Shown: positions 22,005-36,006 of the stretch, one piece after another
Position numbering within the stretch: position 1 is the first letter of the stretch
How the letters are laid out: every line of letters begins with the position of its first letter
NCBI GenBank assembly: GCA_000165425.1
Contig: CT868006.1
Span: 248,001-285,946 of the forward strand
Length of the DNA stretch: 37,946 bases
Origin: Paramecium tetraurelia
Lineage: Eukaryota
Reading direction: 5' to 3'
Program-made: the position numbers and the translations under genes
The notes under the pieces: generated by a model
Databases searched by the model: none
Seen by the model: only the letters and a program-made list of their open reading frames with translations
Told to the model about the DNA's origin: nothing

Positions 22005-23724
22005 TCATAATTCATTGATCATTTTTCTCACATCATCATGAGTTAATTTTCTTGAGCTTGTCAATAATTTGGCTAGATCCATTACATTTTTATAATGGGT
22101 GAATGAAAAATCGATACTTTTGTTTTTAACAAACTTATTAGCCCAAGTATCAAATAATGATAATACGTCTTCTGCACGATTTGCCATCACAAATGTCTTT
22201 GCATAATGATTTCTGTTTTTTGGTTCTCCTGGAAAAGCAATTACAAGGTGCAATAAAATTATTCCTATGGCATAGAATTCATCTGCCATGCCATAATGAG
22301 AATCCTTAATATAATTTGCAGTCTAATATCCACAAGTGCCTGTTGTTATGGTATTTTGAGACGTAATAGAATTGAGTTCTTCTTAAGGAAGTCTTTCATC
22401 AGTCATTGTGGATAGCTTTTCTTCTCTAACATCTTTTCCCTAATCAAAATCTGCTAAAACAACCTAACCAGTTTATTTGTAACATATTTTACTTATAAAT
22501 CGCCTTTAATGTTGATAGTGACAAAAATGTTTTCAGGTTTTAAATCTCTATGTATAATCCCTCTTTAATGAATGTATTCTAGACCATCTAATATTTGATT
22601 TAAAATGGATTTAATTTTATGTATTTTTTCTGCATTCTGCATAACATTTAAATAATAATAAGAAAATGTTAACAAGTCAGTTGGTTAATATTTATAACCA
22701 GGAAAGGAACAATATTCAAGTTACATATATAGATAATAGCCATCGTTTGTTTGTTCGATCCACCATGCAAAAAGTCTAGAATTACGAATAAGCAATACCT
22801 CAGGATATTTGGATGAGTTAACTTAGAAAGTATTTTGGCTTCTCTAATCTTTCGAATATCTGGGGTTATTGGGGTATTTGATGCAGTTGTAGAAAATACA
22901 GAAAAAAAATCAAGTTGAGTGGCTTGAAGTTTGCTCTAGAATTTAAGTAAGATCATTTCTTACTCGTTTTAAAGCATATATTTAATCATCTTCTGGTCTG
23001 TACACAAAGAAGATTGATACGCCACTCCTTAGTTCGTCTTGATTTGTTTAGGACAGTATTATGTAATCATTAAAAAATTTGTTATTTCTAATAAATGCAC
23101 TTCTAGGATCATATAGTTTTTATGCTGGTATTATTTGCTAAAGAGAATCTATTGCAAAGAATGTTAAGGTTATTTTAAGAGGAATCTTTTTAAATTATAA
23201 ATTAATTTTCTTTCTGTTTATTAATTCTATTATTGATTTAAGAATAAAAGCATAGGCTGTTGATTTTATTTATCCAGTTGATGTGATAAATCCGATATTA
23301 ATATCTTGATAAAATATCTTTATCAATTTATCACAAGCCTCTTTAAATTGTTGTTTATTTTCTAGTTTCTATAATTGCAATAAAATATTTCTGATTGCCT
23401 TCTTTATTGCTTTCTCGACATTCATAAGATGTTTAAGAAAGGGATCGTCATTCGTAAAATCCATTCTTATCTAAGATATTATTAACATTTATGAATATTC
23501 CTTGCAGTCATTGTTTTAGATAAATTCTTATCTTTTTTGCAAACTATCATCCTATGCTAATATGTTAATAATCATACAAGCATCTTTTAAATTTATGTTT
23601 AATCTGGTTATGAAACTACCTAATCAAAGTGTCTTTCCTCTTCTGGCACTTCCTCAATAACTTTAAACCCATAGAATTAATCTATTATTGAGTCAATCTT
23701 CGCCTTTTCATTATTACTATTCAT
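22005..23724 (-). CDS. Atypical protein kinase, eIF2-alpha kinase (PEK/GCN2/HRI)-like
   Basis: [33 protein letters not shown]...[59 protein letters not shown]. About 4-5 introns of 23-28 nt. Confidence 0.85.
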
Positions 23725-24049
23725 TATAATATTAGTTATATTAAATTGAATAATAATAATATATAATAACAAATAAATTTCAATAAATACAATCGATAAC
23801 ACTTCGAACTTCAGAAGAAAGATTTAAATATAATAATATTTATATTATCTCGCTAAACATGTATGACGTTAATAATCCTTTAAAATACTATTAGGCATAA
23901 CTAAATTTTGAATTGTAGTTTCTCAAATGGAATTTACAATCATAATGCTTAAATGTGTTCTATAAAAATTAAAAATATATAGTTATTATTCTATTTTTTG
24001 ATAATGAAAAAATTTTAGAAGAATTTTTAGATTAATTTTTTTATTTAAA

Positions 24050-25066
24050 ATGAGAAAATTAGAAAATTATACAGGAGAGTAGGCCAGGGCTTATAAGAAA
24101 TTCGCTTAAAAGGCAAAAGGAAGCAGAGCTGACTTTGAGTCAGATTGTAACTTTTTTATTTTATTTTAAGTAAATTTTAATGAGGCTCCGAGTAAATTTG
24201 TGAAATCTAATGAGTCAAAGTAGACTCTAAAATCAATTAAAGATTAAATAGATTATTTTGGATATGAAATTGAACCGTTTAATATGAAGAATGAGAGAGA
24301 TGTGGGTAAGTTTGATGATGGTGGATATTTTGTATTTGATAAAGCAAAAGACAAATCAGTAAAGTATAAATCATTTTTTATTAGTGATGCTTGGTTAGAT
24401 TAGTTAGATTAAAGTAACATGTTCTAAGAGCTTCAAGAAAAGGCATAAGCTGAAAACACCAAAAAAATATAGAAATAATTAAAGGAGGCGAACAAAAATT
24501 ATGAAAGAAGGATGTAGAAGATAAGGGGAGATGGTTTTTTTAGTTCAACTAAATTTGCTTCTAAAGCTGAAGCTGAAGAATTCTATTAGATCAAAAAACA
24601 AGAAAATCAAGAAGAATAATAAGAGGTAGAAGTAGAAGTAGAAGCTAAATTATAAGTAGAAGAAAAGCAAAATGAATAATAAAATAATTAATCAGAAGAA
24701 CAAGAAGTTAAATTGGAACTGTTAAAAATTGATTAGTTAAAAGAAATTCTTTATGAACTTCTTGAAGAAAATGAAAATGCAAATTAGGCAATGAAAAGAG
24801 TGAGAGCAAAATTAGCAAGTAATCAAAAGAAAGTGTTTAAAAAAAATGTTAGGAAAGATAATACCGAACATAATGATAAATAAGATCAAAAGACTTCAGA
24901 AAATAAAAATGAAGCCACAGATGAAGCAAAATAGACACTGGATATCTTGATTGATATCTGTACAATAATAGTAAAGAAATCAAATGACCCTTCTATATAT
25001 ACTATAAAGAAAGAAGAATTAGTACCTTAAAGGGTCTCTCGTTTGGAAGAAGATGATATATTTTGA
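24050..25066 (+). CDS. U5 snRNP 52K / CD2BP2 / Lin1-like protein lacking the C-terminal GYF domain
   Basis: GYEIEPFNMKNERDVGKFDDGGYFVF...DAWLD and LYELLEENENANQAMKR match the conserved U5-52K N-terminal and central motifs. Ends ...SIYTIKKEEL...EEDDIF*. Two short introns. Confidence 0.8.
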
Positions 25067-25105
25067 AGATTAATTTTAGTATTAATTTGTTATATAATAT
25101 TAAAA

Positions 25106-26422
25106 ATGAGTTAGAATATTGATTAATTTTTGAAATTTTTCGTATTCGAAGGAACGCAAAGTATCACTAAAATTCTAAATTTAAAATAACTCTAGTTTGC
25201 AAATCCCAGACTCATAAAACGATAATAACCTAATCACTTTGAACTTGCTGAATTAAACAAGAAATCAAAATTAATATCAGAGAATGTATAATTATTTTCT
25301 AATAAGGCTTTTGATGTAGTTTCAGAATTTTATATCTTATTAAAGCAATGCAAATTTGAAAATGTGAGTACTAAAATAATATTCAATTATATGTTGAGTT
25401 TGCAGTTAAAAAGAAATTATATCGATTGTCTTCATTTGAATACCACTGACAAGAATTATATTATAAGTGTAGATATTATTCCAGAATACAAAGAATAAAT
25501 TATTAGATAAATGTATAGTTTTGTTAATTGGGTTGTTCTTTATTAGAAGGGATAGATTACTTGTGGGGAATTTAAAACAGATTACTAAGATTATGCCCAT
25601 ATACAAATCTTTGAAAACTAAAAGAAATTAATCTTAGTTATAGGATATAACAAATTAGAGTCTGAACTATTTTTATCCCTAAACTTAGTAAGAAACTAAA
25701 ACTATTTGAGAAACCATTTATCATTATTAAATATACCTGAATGTAGATAGGATACATTTTGTTCAATTCTATACCATTTTGTGTCTATTATCAGAAAGAT
25801 GTTAAGATTCTCAGATACAAAAAGATATGATTCTGAATTAAGATAACTTATATCTGCAAATGCTTCGATTTTGATAGAACATCCAGAAAAATAAAAACAT
25901 ATTCCATATTTAGGAACATTCAATCATTGTGACTTTGTGCTCTTTGATTTTAAGGTAGCTAATCAATTAGAATTTGATAAAAGACTTAAAAATTTTTAAT
26001 ATCAAAAAGAATTAATAATGTCCATTATTATCAATCTAAAGACTCTCTATGTAAAATCTAAAGATGATATGTCGTACTCTTTTGTGCTTTCTGGATAATA
26101 TTTGCTTGTCACATTTTAGTATAATATTGATGGGGCAATTTTATTGAAAGAAGGGGAATTGAGAAACAAATTAATTTCAGAATGCTATGAATTTGTGGAA
26201 TAGGATTTCGAATATGGAATAAAGAAAATAATAATAACAAACCAAGAGAAAAATTAAAAAAAGGAAGAAACTTTGAAATCATAAAGAAATTAAAAGATTG
26301 CTGATCTAATAACAACCTCAGTTAATACAGCATTCTCATGGTATGATTACGCCAAATCGGTTAATTTAACAAACAAACCACAACAACTAGCAAACAAATC
26401 GCTTACTCCAAGAAGACAATGA
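25106..26422 (+). CDS. Hypothetical protein
   Basis: Long code-6 ORF MSQNIDQFLKFFVFEG... ending ...SWYDYAKSVNL...LTPRRQ* with probable short introns (e.g. about 25286-25306). No family recognised. Confidence 0.7.
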
Positions 26423-26464
26423 ACTATTGTTTTTATTATAATTTTCTATAAATCTATCCTTATA

Positions 26465-26994
26465 TCAATCAAATAGGAATCTTTTTTTGCCAATTTTAGC
26501 CTAGCATGCTGGACAGAAATGAACTGCATCTTTGCAATCTTAGACAAAACATGGAATCAAACAACATCTAATGATTAAATTTAAAAATACCCTAACCAAA
26601 GACCAACAGCTGCCAAAAGTCCTCCAATTGCGTAAGCTCCATTTCCGACTTCATAATTAACCTGTGTTTATACCTATCTCTAACAGTAAGCACAAGTAAT
26701 TATGTGAGGGTATTTAGAATAAACTGGTTGGACTTTAAATAAATTTTGATAAATACTTTGTTAGACAGCAGTGGGATTGTAAATAACTTATTGTTATTAT
26801 TACATTTAGGGATATTACTATTATTAGTAAGGGATCTATCTCATAAATTATTGAGCTGGAACTATTGGTTGAATAGGTTAACCAATTTATAAGTTCTATT
26901 CTGGAAGTTATGGATACACAACCTACGAAACTGGTCCTTCACAAGGGGTTGGATTAATTTCTTATGCAAGTCTTATATGTTGATTATTCTGCAT
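26465..26994 (-). CDS. LITAF (zf-LITAF-like) domain protein
   Basis: P/Q-rich N-terminus, then PHIITCAYCQRQVQTQVNYEVGNGAYAIGGLLAAVGLWLGCCLIPCFVQDCKDAVHFCPACQAKIGKKRFLFD* (CxxC...hydrophobic...HxCxxC). One 23-nt intron at about 26567-26589. Confidence 0.95.
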
Positions 26995-27315
26995 TAGTAT
27001 AGTTTAATTATTATTTTTAATCAAATGACATGTTAAACAAATTATATAGACTAAAAATTATTAACATATCATCAGTATTTATTCTGAGACTATTAAAATT
27101 AAATTAGATAAACCATTAAATCTAAGTATTTGATGTTAACTTCCTCTCTAAATAGAAAAATTTAACCTTGAAGATCATTCAAAGTAGCTTAATTATAAAC
27201 TTGATGCATTAATACAAACCTGAAAGGTTATTCAATACTTATATCAAATAAAAAAGTATATGATATCAGTGTTGCTTGTAAATTTAAGAATAGGATTATT
27301 ATTGTTTATATTTTT

Positions 27316-27960
27316 ATGTCCAGGACACGACTACCTACAGTCCATAATGACACGTCTTTAAACAAGGAACTTTAGAAACATTTTATGCCATAGCAAATAG
27401 ATATAATACTGATTGGGGGCTGAAAAAAATGCCTGATTTGAAAAAAAATATCCAGATATGCAAAGTCAAAAAATCGATCAGTTTTTAAGACTAAGCATAA
27501 TTTTAGCCAAACCTGCAAAACCTCCAAAAAGCGGAAAATTTTATTGAAGATTTTATAAGAATATCAATTCCAACTGCCTTGCCCAAAATTTGAATATTAT
27601 TTATTTTGGTCAGAGCCAAAGGAGCAAAAGAAAACATCAAGAGTTGTTAGTGAGTAGGTTATAAAATAAATAAAATCTCAATCTCCAGTAGTTCATTACC
27701 CTGGATCTAATAGTTATTCAGCGAAGTATCCTACTTACTTCACTTGTGATAAAAAATTCAAAGTACAATCAATTAGAAAGCCTTTAAAATACTTAAAAAA
27801 AACAATATTAACAAGCCTAGGCCTGTTCTTGATTAATCAGATTAGAACAAAGGCTCGATGTCTAAATTTAGCGAATCTCTATTGTTTTCCAATTATTACG
27901 ACAAATGATTATCAATAACTATAAACTCTAATTTTTTTATGTTAACTTCATTAATAATGA
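27316..27960 (+). pseudogene. Decayed gene remnant (coding-like, frameshifts and TGA in all frames)
   Basis: Coding-like composition with fragments such as AENFIEDF, FWSEPKEQKK and YPGSNSYS spread over different frames and interrupted by TGA. I could not build a clean spliced ORF. Confidence 0.45.
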
Positions 27961-28056
27961 CATTTAGAAGGTTTGTGTAAACGTTAATAGTATGTTAGTT
28001 AATATTTTAATATTGCTCATAAATTATTTTATGTATAATTTATAAAATGTTGTTAT

Positions 28057-29065
28057 TCATTCAAACATTGCTCCAATGGCTACTAGCAATCCGCTTGAGC
28101 TTTAACTTATAATTGTTGTATTCTGGTCAGCTTTGAAAGAGGTTTTCTCGTAATCTCTTTATTAGAATCCAATTAGCGGATTTTCCAAACTTTATTCGTT
28201 TGATATATTAAATTTAACATCTTAGTCACTTTTTATTTCTAAACTATAGCATTCCCCTTCCTTTAATAATATATTATCTTGAATTTCAATCTGATATGAA
28301 CCATTTATGATTTTCATATTATTATGATCAACACTTGTTTTCCAATTATGTAATTTATCTTGCAAATTCCTATTAAAATGAATATATTTGATACATGTTT
28401 TTGAATATTGAGAATTCTAATTCAATTTATTTATCGTGGAAAGATTTCTCTAATAAAGATATATTTAATTTAGTTATTTTTATGTTTTGTTTAGGGTATA
28501 GTACACTAATATTTACTTTTGAAGGGCTCAATTCGAGTTCATTTTCACTTAATTTTTCGAATCTGTTTAAATTAATTTATAGTGGGACAAGGATGGATTT
28601 AAATGAATTCAGTTTATTATTCCATTCACTTCTAAATTCTTCAATTTTTTATTTGCATTTGTTTTGTAGATCATTCAGTTCATCTTCTCTGTCATCCCCT
28701 ATTTGTTGTAATTTATTATCTGTATTGTTCAGATTGTCAAAGATTTATCGTACTTTTTCCTTTAAAATGAATTCCAAAACTTTTAATTAGTTTATGATAT
28801 CATTTTACAATTCATTGAACTTACCTATTATTTCATTGCATTAAGGTGCCCCTCTTTATTTGATACAATTATTGCGAATGAATCCTTCTACATCCTCAAT
28901 TGATGCCAATTCCCCTTTATGAGTTTTATGAAATTCCTCTATACAAGTTAAACAAACCTTTCTTTTATTACAATCTTTGTTAAAGCAAATCAAAATGATA
29001 GGCTTATTATCATGATTGGCTTCCTCACATTACAATTTCTACACTCTGGTTTAGAAACTTGACAT
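28057..29065 (-). CDS. B-box-like zinc finger + coiled-coil protein
   Basis: N-terminal CEEANHDNKPIILICFNKDCNKRKVCLTCIEEFHKTH (C-H-C-C-CxxC-H-H), then coiled coil; intron at about 28371-28394; ends ...LLVAIGAMFE*. Confidence 0.8.
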
Positions 29066-29404
29066 TTATGATGTAAAATTTATTTTAATGAAAATTAAAT
29101 GTTTCATAAATTTAAGATTATTTGATGAAAAATGAGTGTGCTTTGATGAATTCTTTAAAAATAAATATATAAACATCTTCGATTCGAAAATTAATAGAAA
29201 TATTTTTATCGTCAAATTTTGAAGGTCTTTGAATCAAATTTTGTTTGTTTTAGAGTTTGGCCAGTTTAAAAGAATGAAGCGTCATTGAATTCTCATAACT
29301 TTAAAATAGCAGTGCTACAAATTTATTTTGAGCATTATTTAACAATAATATAAATTAAAATTGAATGGTACCCTTCATTAATAAATATATATATATTAAT
29401 TCTA

Positions 29405-31995
<2,591 letters not shown>

Positions 31996-32015
31996 ATATT
32001 ATTTAACTAATAGTA

Positions 32016-32733
32016 ATGAAAATGTCCTAATACTAAAGTACAGTCTATTTTTTAATAGTCAAATTGACAACATACTTGATTATTTAGCCAAAATTACTAA
32101 AAATCCCTCTGAATAATTTTATTTTGTATCTAAAATGAGGGGCGAACATTTGGTACATCAAATATCAACAAACAGCTATTATGAACCTAAAACTATTTAT
32201 CAAATGACATTGAATTTATTGATCTGTTACATCTGTGTAGTGTCTATGTATTTGAGATCAATTATAATATTTAATTGTATTCAGAAATATAATTTAACAT
32301 TCTTTTTTAGTATTGGTATTGAAATAAAATTAATGGAAAAACTTATTGCTGGATATGCTATGAAGGAGATGATGAAATAGAAAAAATAGATCATCCCTAC
32401 AGATCAGAAATATCTATATTACGGTTGTTGGACAACAGGAATTGCAGTAATTGCATTCATGGGTCATACAACCTATTTAAAGAAAAAATATGAGTCAAAT
32501 TATCTCTACAAAATTTAAGGGAAGCAATATTTAAGGTCATTAATATAGCTATATCTGCCCATTATATGCAATTAATTGTTAGTTTCATTTTGCTCTAATC
32601 ATTAAGAAGCATTTTTATTTTCTCTCTCCTCTATTGTTCATTTGTATCAATACATAATGGGAATACCACAAATTTCATACTTAAGTGCTGCTTTTACAAT
32701 ACTAGGATGTATTTTGAAATTTAAAATTGAGTG
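32016..32733 (+). pseudogene. Possible decayed RING-variant (RING-CH/MARCH-like) membrane protein gene
   Basis: Fragment YCWICYEGDDEIEKIDHPY at about 32345-32400 resembles the start of a RING-CH, but the remaining Cys/His ligands are missing. Hydrophobic fragments follow and frames are broken. Confidence 0.35.
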
Positions 32734-33769
32734 AAAATTATAAATATATACAAGTATCAAACTCTATGATTTATTCTCAAATAAAGTCATCAAAAAAATA
32801 TTTTCATTAAAATAATTCAAGGAGTCAAGAAATTAAGCACTGGGGCCCTCAATTCTAAGGAATTTAGATAAAAATAGAAATAAATCACCAAAAACCCTAA
32901 ATATGCTGTCAGGAGTCAACTTTTTCCATATGAAGAGATTGGAGGAAGCTGATTAATTGGCGAACTTGGAAAATGATCAAATTAATTTAAAATATGACTA
33001 ATATAACCTTTTTCTAAATATTCATTTGAATATTAAAAAATAAAAATAATTCTACGAAAAAAGGATTATAACTATGGTAACCTAATGTTTGATTTCAACA
33101 ATTTTATTTAAACAAAGGAATCTAAAGCTAACATTACTTTTGCTATTTACACTTTTTTAATTTTTAATATTATTATAAAAACCCTTGAATTTTTATTCTG
33201 TTAAAGGGACATATACTTACAAATTCTTTTAAATACAAATCAATTACTTTTTGTTCATTTTGGAAGTTGCCCAAATTTGAGATCATTTACACATCTAGAG
33301 TAAACATTTAAAATATTATTTGATAATTTTTAGATTGAATATAAATAAGCTTAATATAAGAATTATTAATTATTGAAATATATAATTGCAGATAAAGGAT
33401 AGTTTATAACATTGGAATACATATCATAAATTTAATCAAAAGTATATTAATATTAGACAAATGATTGAGAAACAGTTTTTTTGTTTAGATGATCTACCAA
33501 ACTTAATTTTAAATGGGTGCATTGAACGTAAAGCAATAATGTTTGATACTATTGAACGAACTTGATTAAAATATACTATGAGATTAAAATCTCCTCTGAA
33601 AAATAATAAATATTGTTGATTATTAAGGATCGAACAATATTAAAATATTAAAGCATTAATAATTAAACAATAGTAACAAGCTTTCAGCATAATGATTGTT
33701 TCTCTTTATAAATCCTTGTAGTTTAGGAGGTAGATGTAGCAAAATAAAGTTCTAAATCAAATATTTTGA

Positions 33770-35130
33770 TATGAGTTGTACTCTAAAGAAAGGAAAAAAT
33801 AAGGAATTTAGAAAGAATTAATAAAGAATTTTAGAAAAGGGTACAAATTTCCTTAATTTTAATTTAATGCACGGAGATCTTTGAGTATATTAATGGCATT
33901 AGAGTTAATGTTTGAAGATATAATTTCAAAAATTTAGAAATGTACAATAACATTATCAAAAAGCAGAGGACAAGGTAATAAGATGAAAATGGAATAAAGG
34001 ATGGTAAATGGATTGAATTAAGCGAGAATTGGGTCATGTATGATTATTTATTAAAATTAGTTTTAAAGATAAATTATTTATAAAGGCTAATATAAATAAG
34101 GGATTAAAGTAGGGAGATGGAATATTATTTAGTAAAACCATAATGGTTCCATTAATATTATGTAAAATGGAGTTTATTATTTTATAAAGGTTTAGGGTAC
34201 TTCGACTAAAAAGGTTTGAAATGAGGGTTGTGGATTGAAATTTATGAATTTTGTAAACAGTTTTACTTATATTATGATAATCAGGAAATCATTTAGAAAA
34301 TTTGGTAATGGGAATTTATAAAAATTTTGATCATTTAATATCTAATCTGTATTATTCAATTAATAATAAAGTAGTTGTGGAGAATATGATGAAAATGGGA
34401 TGAAATAGGTAAATGGAATTTTTATTTAAAAAATTCGTAAATACAATTATTATTTATAGCTTTCAACTTGTTGGAAAATTAGAAGTAAGTGGGAAATAAA
34501 GTGTACGAAATTTCTTCTTCTTTGATAAATTTTATAGAGATGGAGTGTTGATGTAGATTGGAAAAAATAGGGTTATTTGATTGAAATTGAGTATAATTTG
34601 GAAATGGAATTCAATCATAGAATAAAAATGGGAAAGTTCAGAAAATATAACAATAAGGAAAATATAATAATGGAAGAAAAGTTGGAAGATGGAAATTTAT
34701 AATTATTAAGGCCAAATGAATAAGATATTATCATATAAGTTTTCTTTGCCTAAAACCTTTTAGTTCCAGTGGATCGTATAATGATAATCAACTTTAAGCA
34801 TAAAAAATGGTTTATTTTATTTGAAAGATTTGCTAAGTATATAATAAAGAAACTCTTTTAGTTATGAATCTATTTTGGCTGATCATGGAGAATATAAGCA
34901 TGGAAAAAAGTAGGAATTTTGGAAATAAAAGAAAAATAAAATATTTGGTATTATTAAATTGATTTTGAAGGGAAATTATAGAGCCGGAATAAAATTGAAA
35001 AGTGGTATCCTTAAAAGCATTCAACGAGGAAGACTTGACTCTGTAAAAGCTTCAATTATTAATATAAAGCGGAGGAGCAGAATTTAATCAATATGGATCA
35101 AGGGTGATTAATGGGGAGCTTAATTTAGGT
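33770..35130 (+). pseudogene. Decayed copy of GGxYD..G.K.G.W.E (MORN-variant-like) repeat gene
   Basis: Repeat units DENGIKDGKWIEL (33982), KGQYKQGIKVGRWNI, GYFDQKGLK*GLWIEI (in-frame TGA 34222-34224), GEYDENGMK and GKYNNGRKVGRWKF (about 34657), with frameshifts between units. Confidence 0.75.
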
Positions 35131-35479
35131 GATATTAATGAAATATCTAAAAAAAATTCATCAGTTTAATAATTATTAAGAAAAAATTAGTCTATATTCT
35201 TAGATTTATAAAATTTTTTGTAAAATAAGTAAAAGTTAATTTTCAAAATACTTTTGATTGGAACATTTAGTTAGAGTAATATATAAATTATTAATTTAAT
35301 TATTTCAAGCTCAATCAGATATTGGGTCATTTTTAGGTAAGTATGATCAATAATTGTTTTATGCCAACACCTTTAACAAGAATAAAAATAAAATTTTAGT
35401 AGAATAATATAAAAGGATGATTGATTGAGAATGACTATTTACAGTCATTTCATTAATTAAATTAAATTAAAATTTATGT

Positions 35480-35975
35480 GAAAAGTTATCTCATTAGTTT
35501 ACATTGGGTTTCTTTTCGAATGGGTTGATTCATTTAGGGTAAGGTTCTTTATTTTCCTTGTAATCTTTGTCATGGACTCCTTCATGTCTTTTTAGACTTA
35601 TGAGTAGAATTTTTCTCTGTTTCTTGAACACACTTCAGGATTTTATCAAATTTTTCAATCCAGTTTCCAGCCTCTCTATGTAGTTGATCCATGATATTTT
35701 TGGGAGTCATATTTTTGTTATAAGTCCTAAATTTCTCCAATTGTATTTGAAGGGTTCAAAGAATTGGTATCCAGGTATTCTCCTTATTACTCTCGTGTTT
35801 ATCTTTCTTCCTAAATTTTAATTGGTCTTTAAGTGAACCTACTCTTCCAGAACTTTGATTTCCATCATTTATTGCTATTCTCCCAACTAAACTAAGATTT
35901 AGAGTTGTCTTAATATGAGACGTTACTTATTTATGTTTGACAGAACCTGGCTCGCATTCTGATCTATAATATAAT
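35480..35975 (-). pseudogene. Frameshifted coiled-coil gene fragment
   Basis: Coding-like fragments MEIKVLEEQVHLK, EERQTREQQGEYLDT and IMDQLHREAGNWIEKFDKILKCVQETEK lie in different frames; no ATG-to-TGA ORF spans them. Confidence 0.5.
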
Positions 35976-36006
35976 ATATGAGGTAAAAGTATATATATTA
36001 AATATT

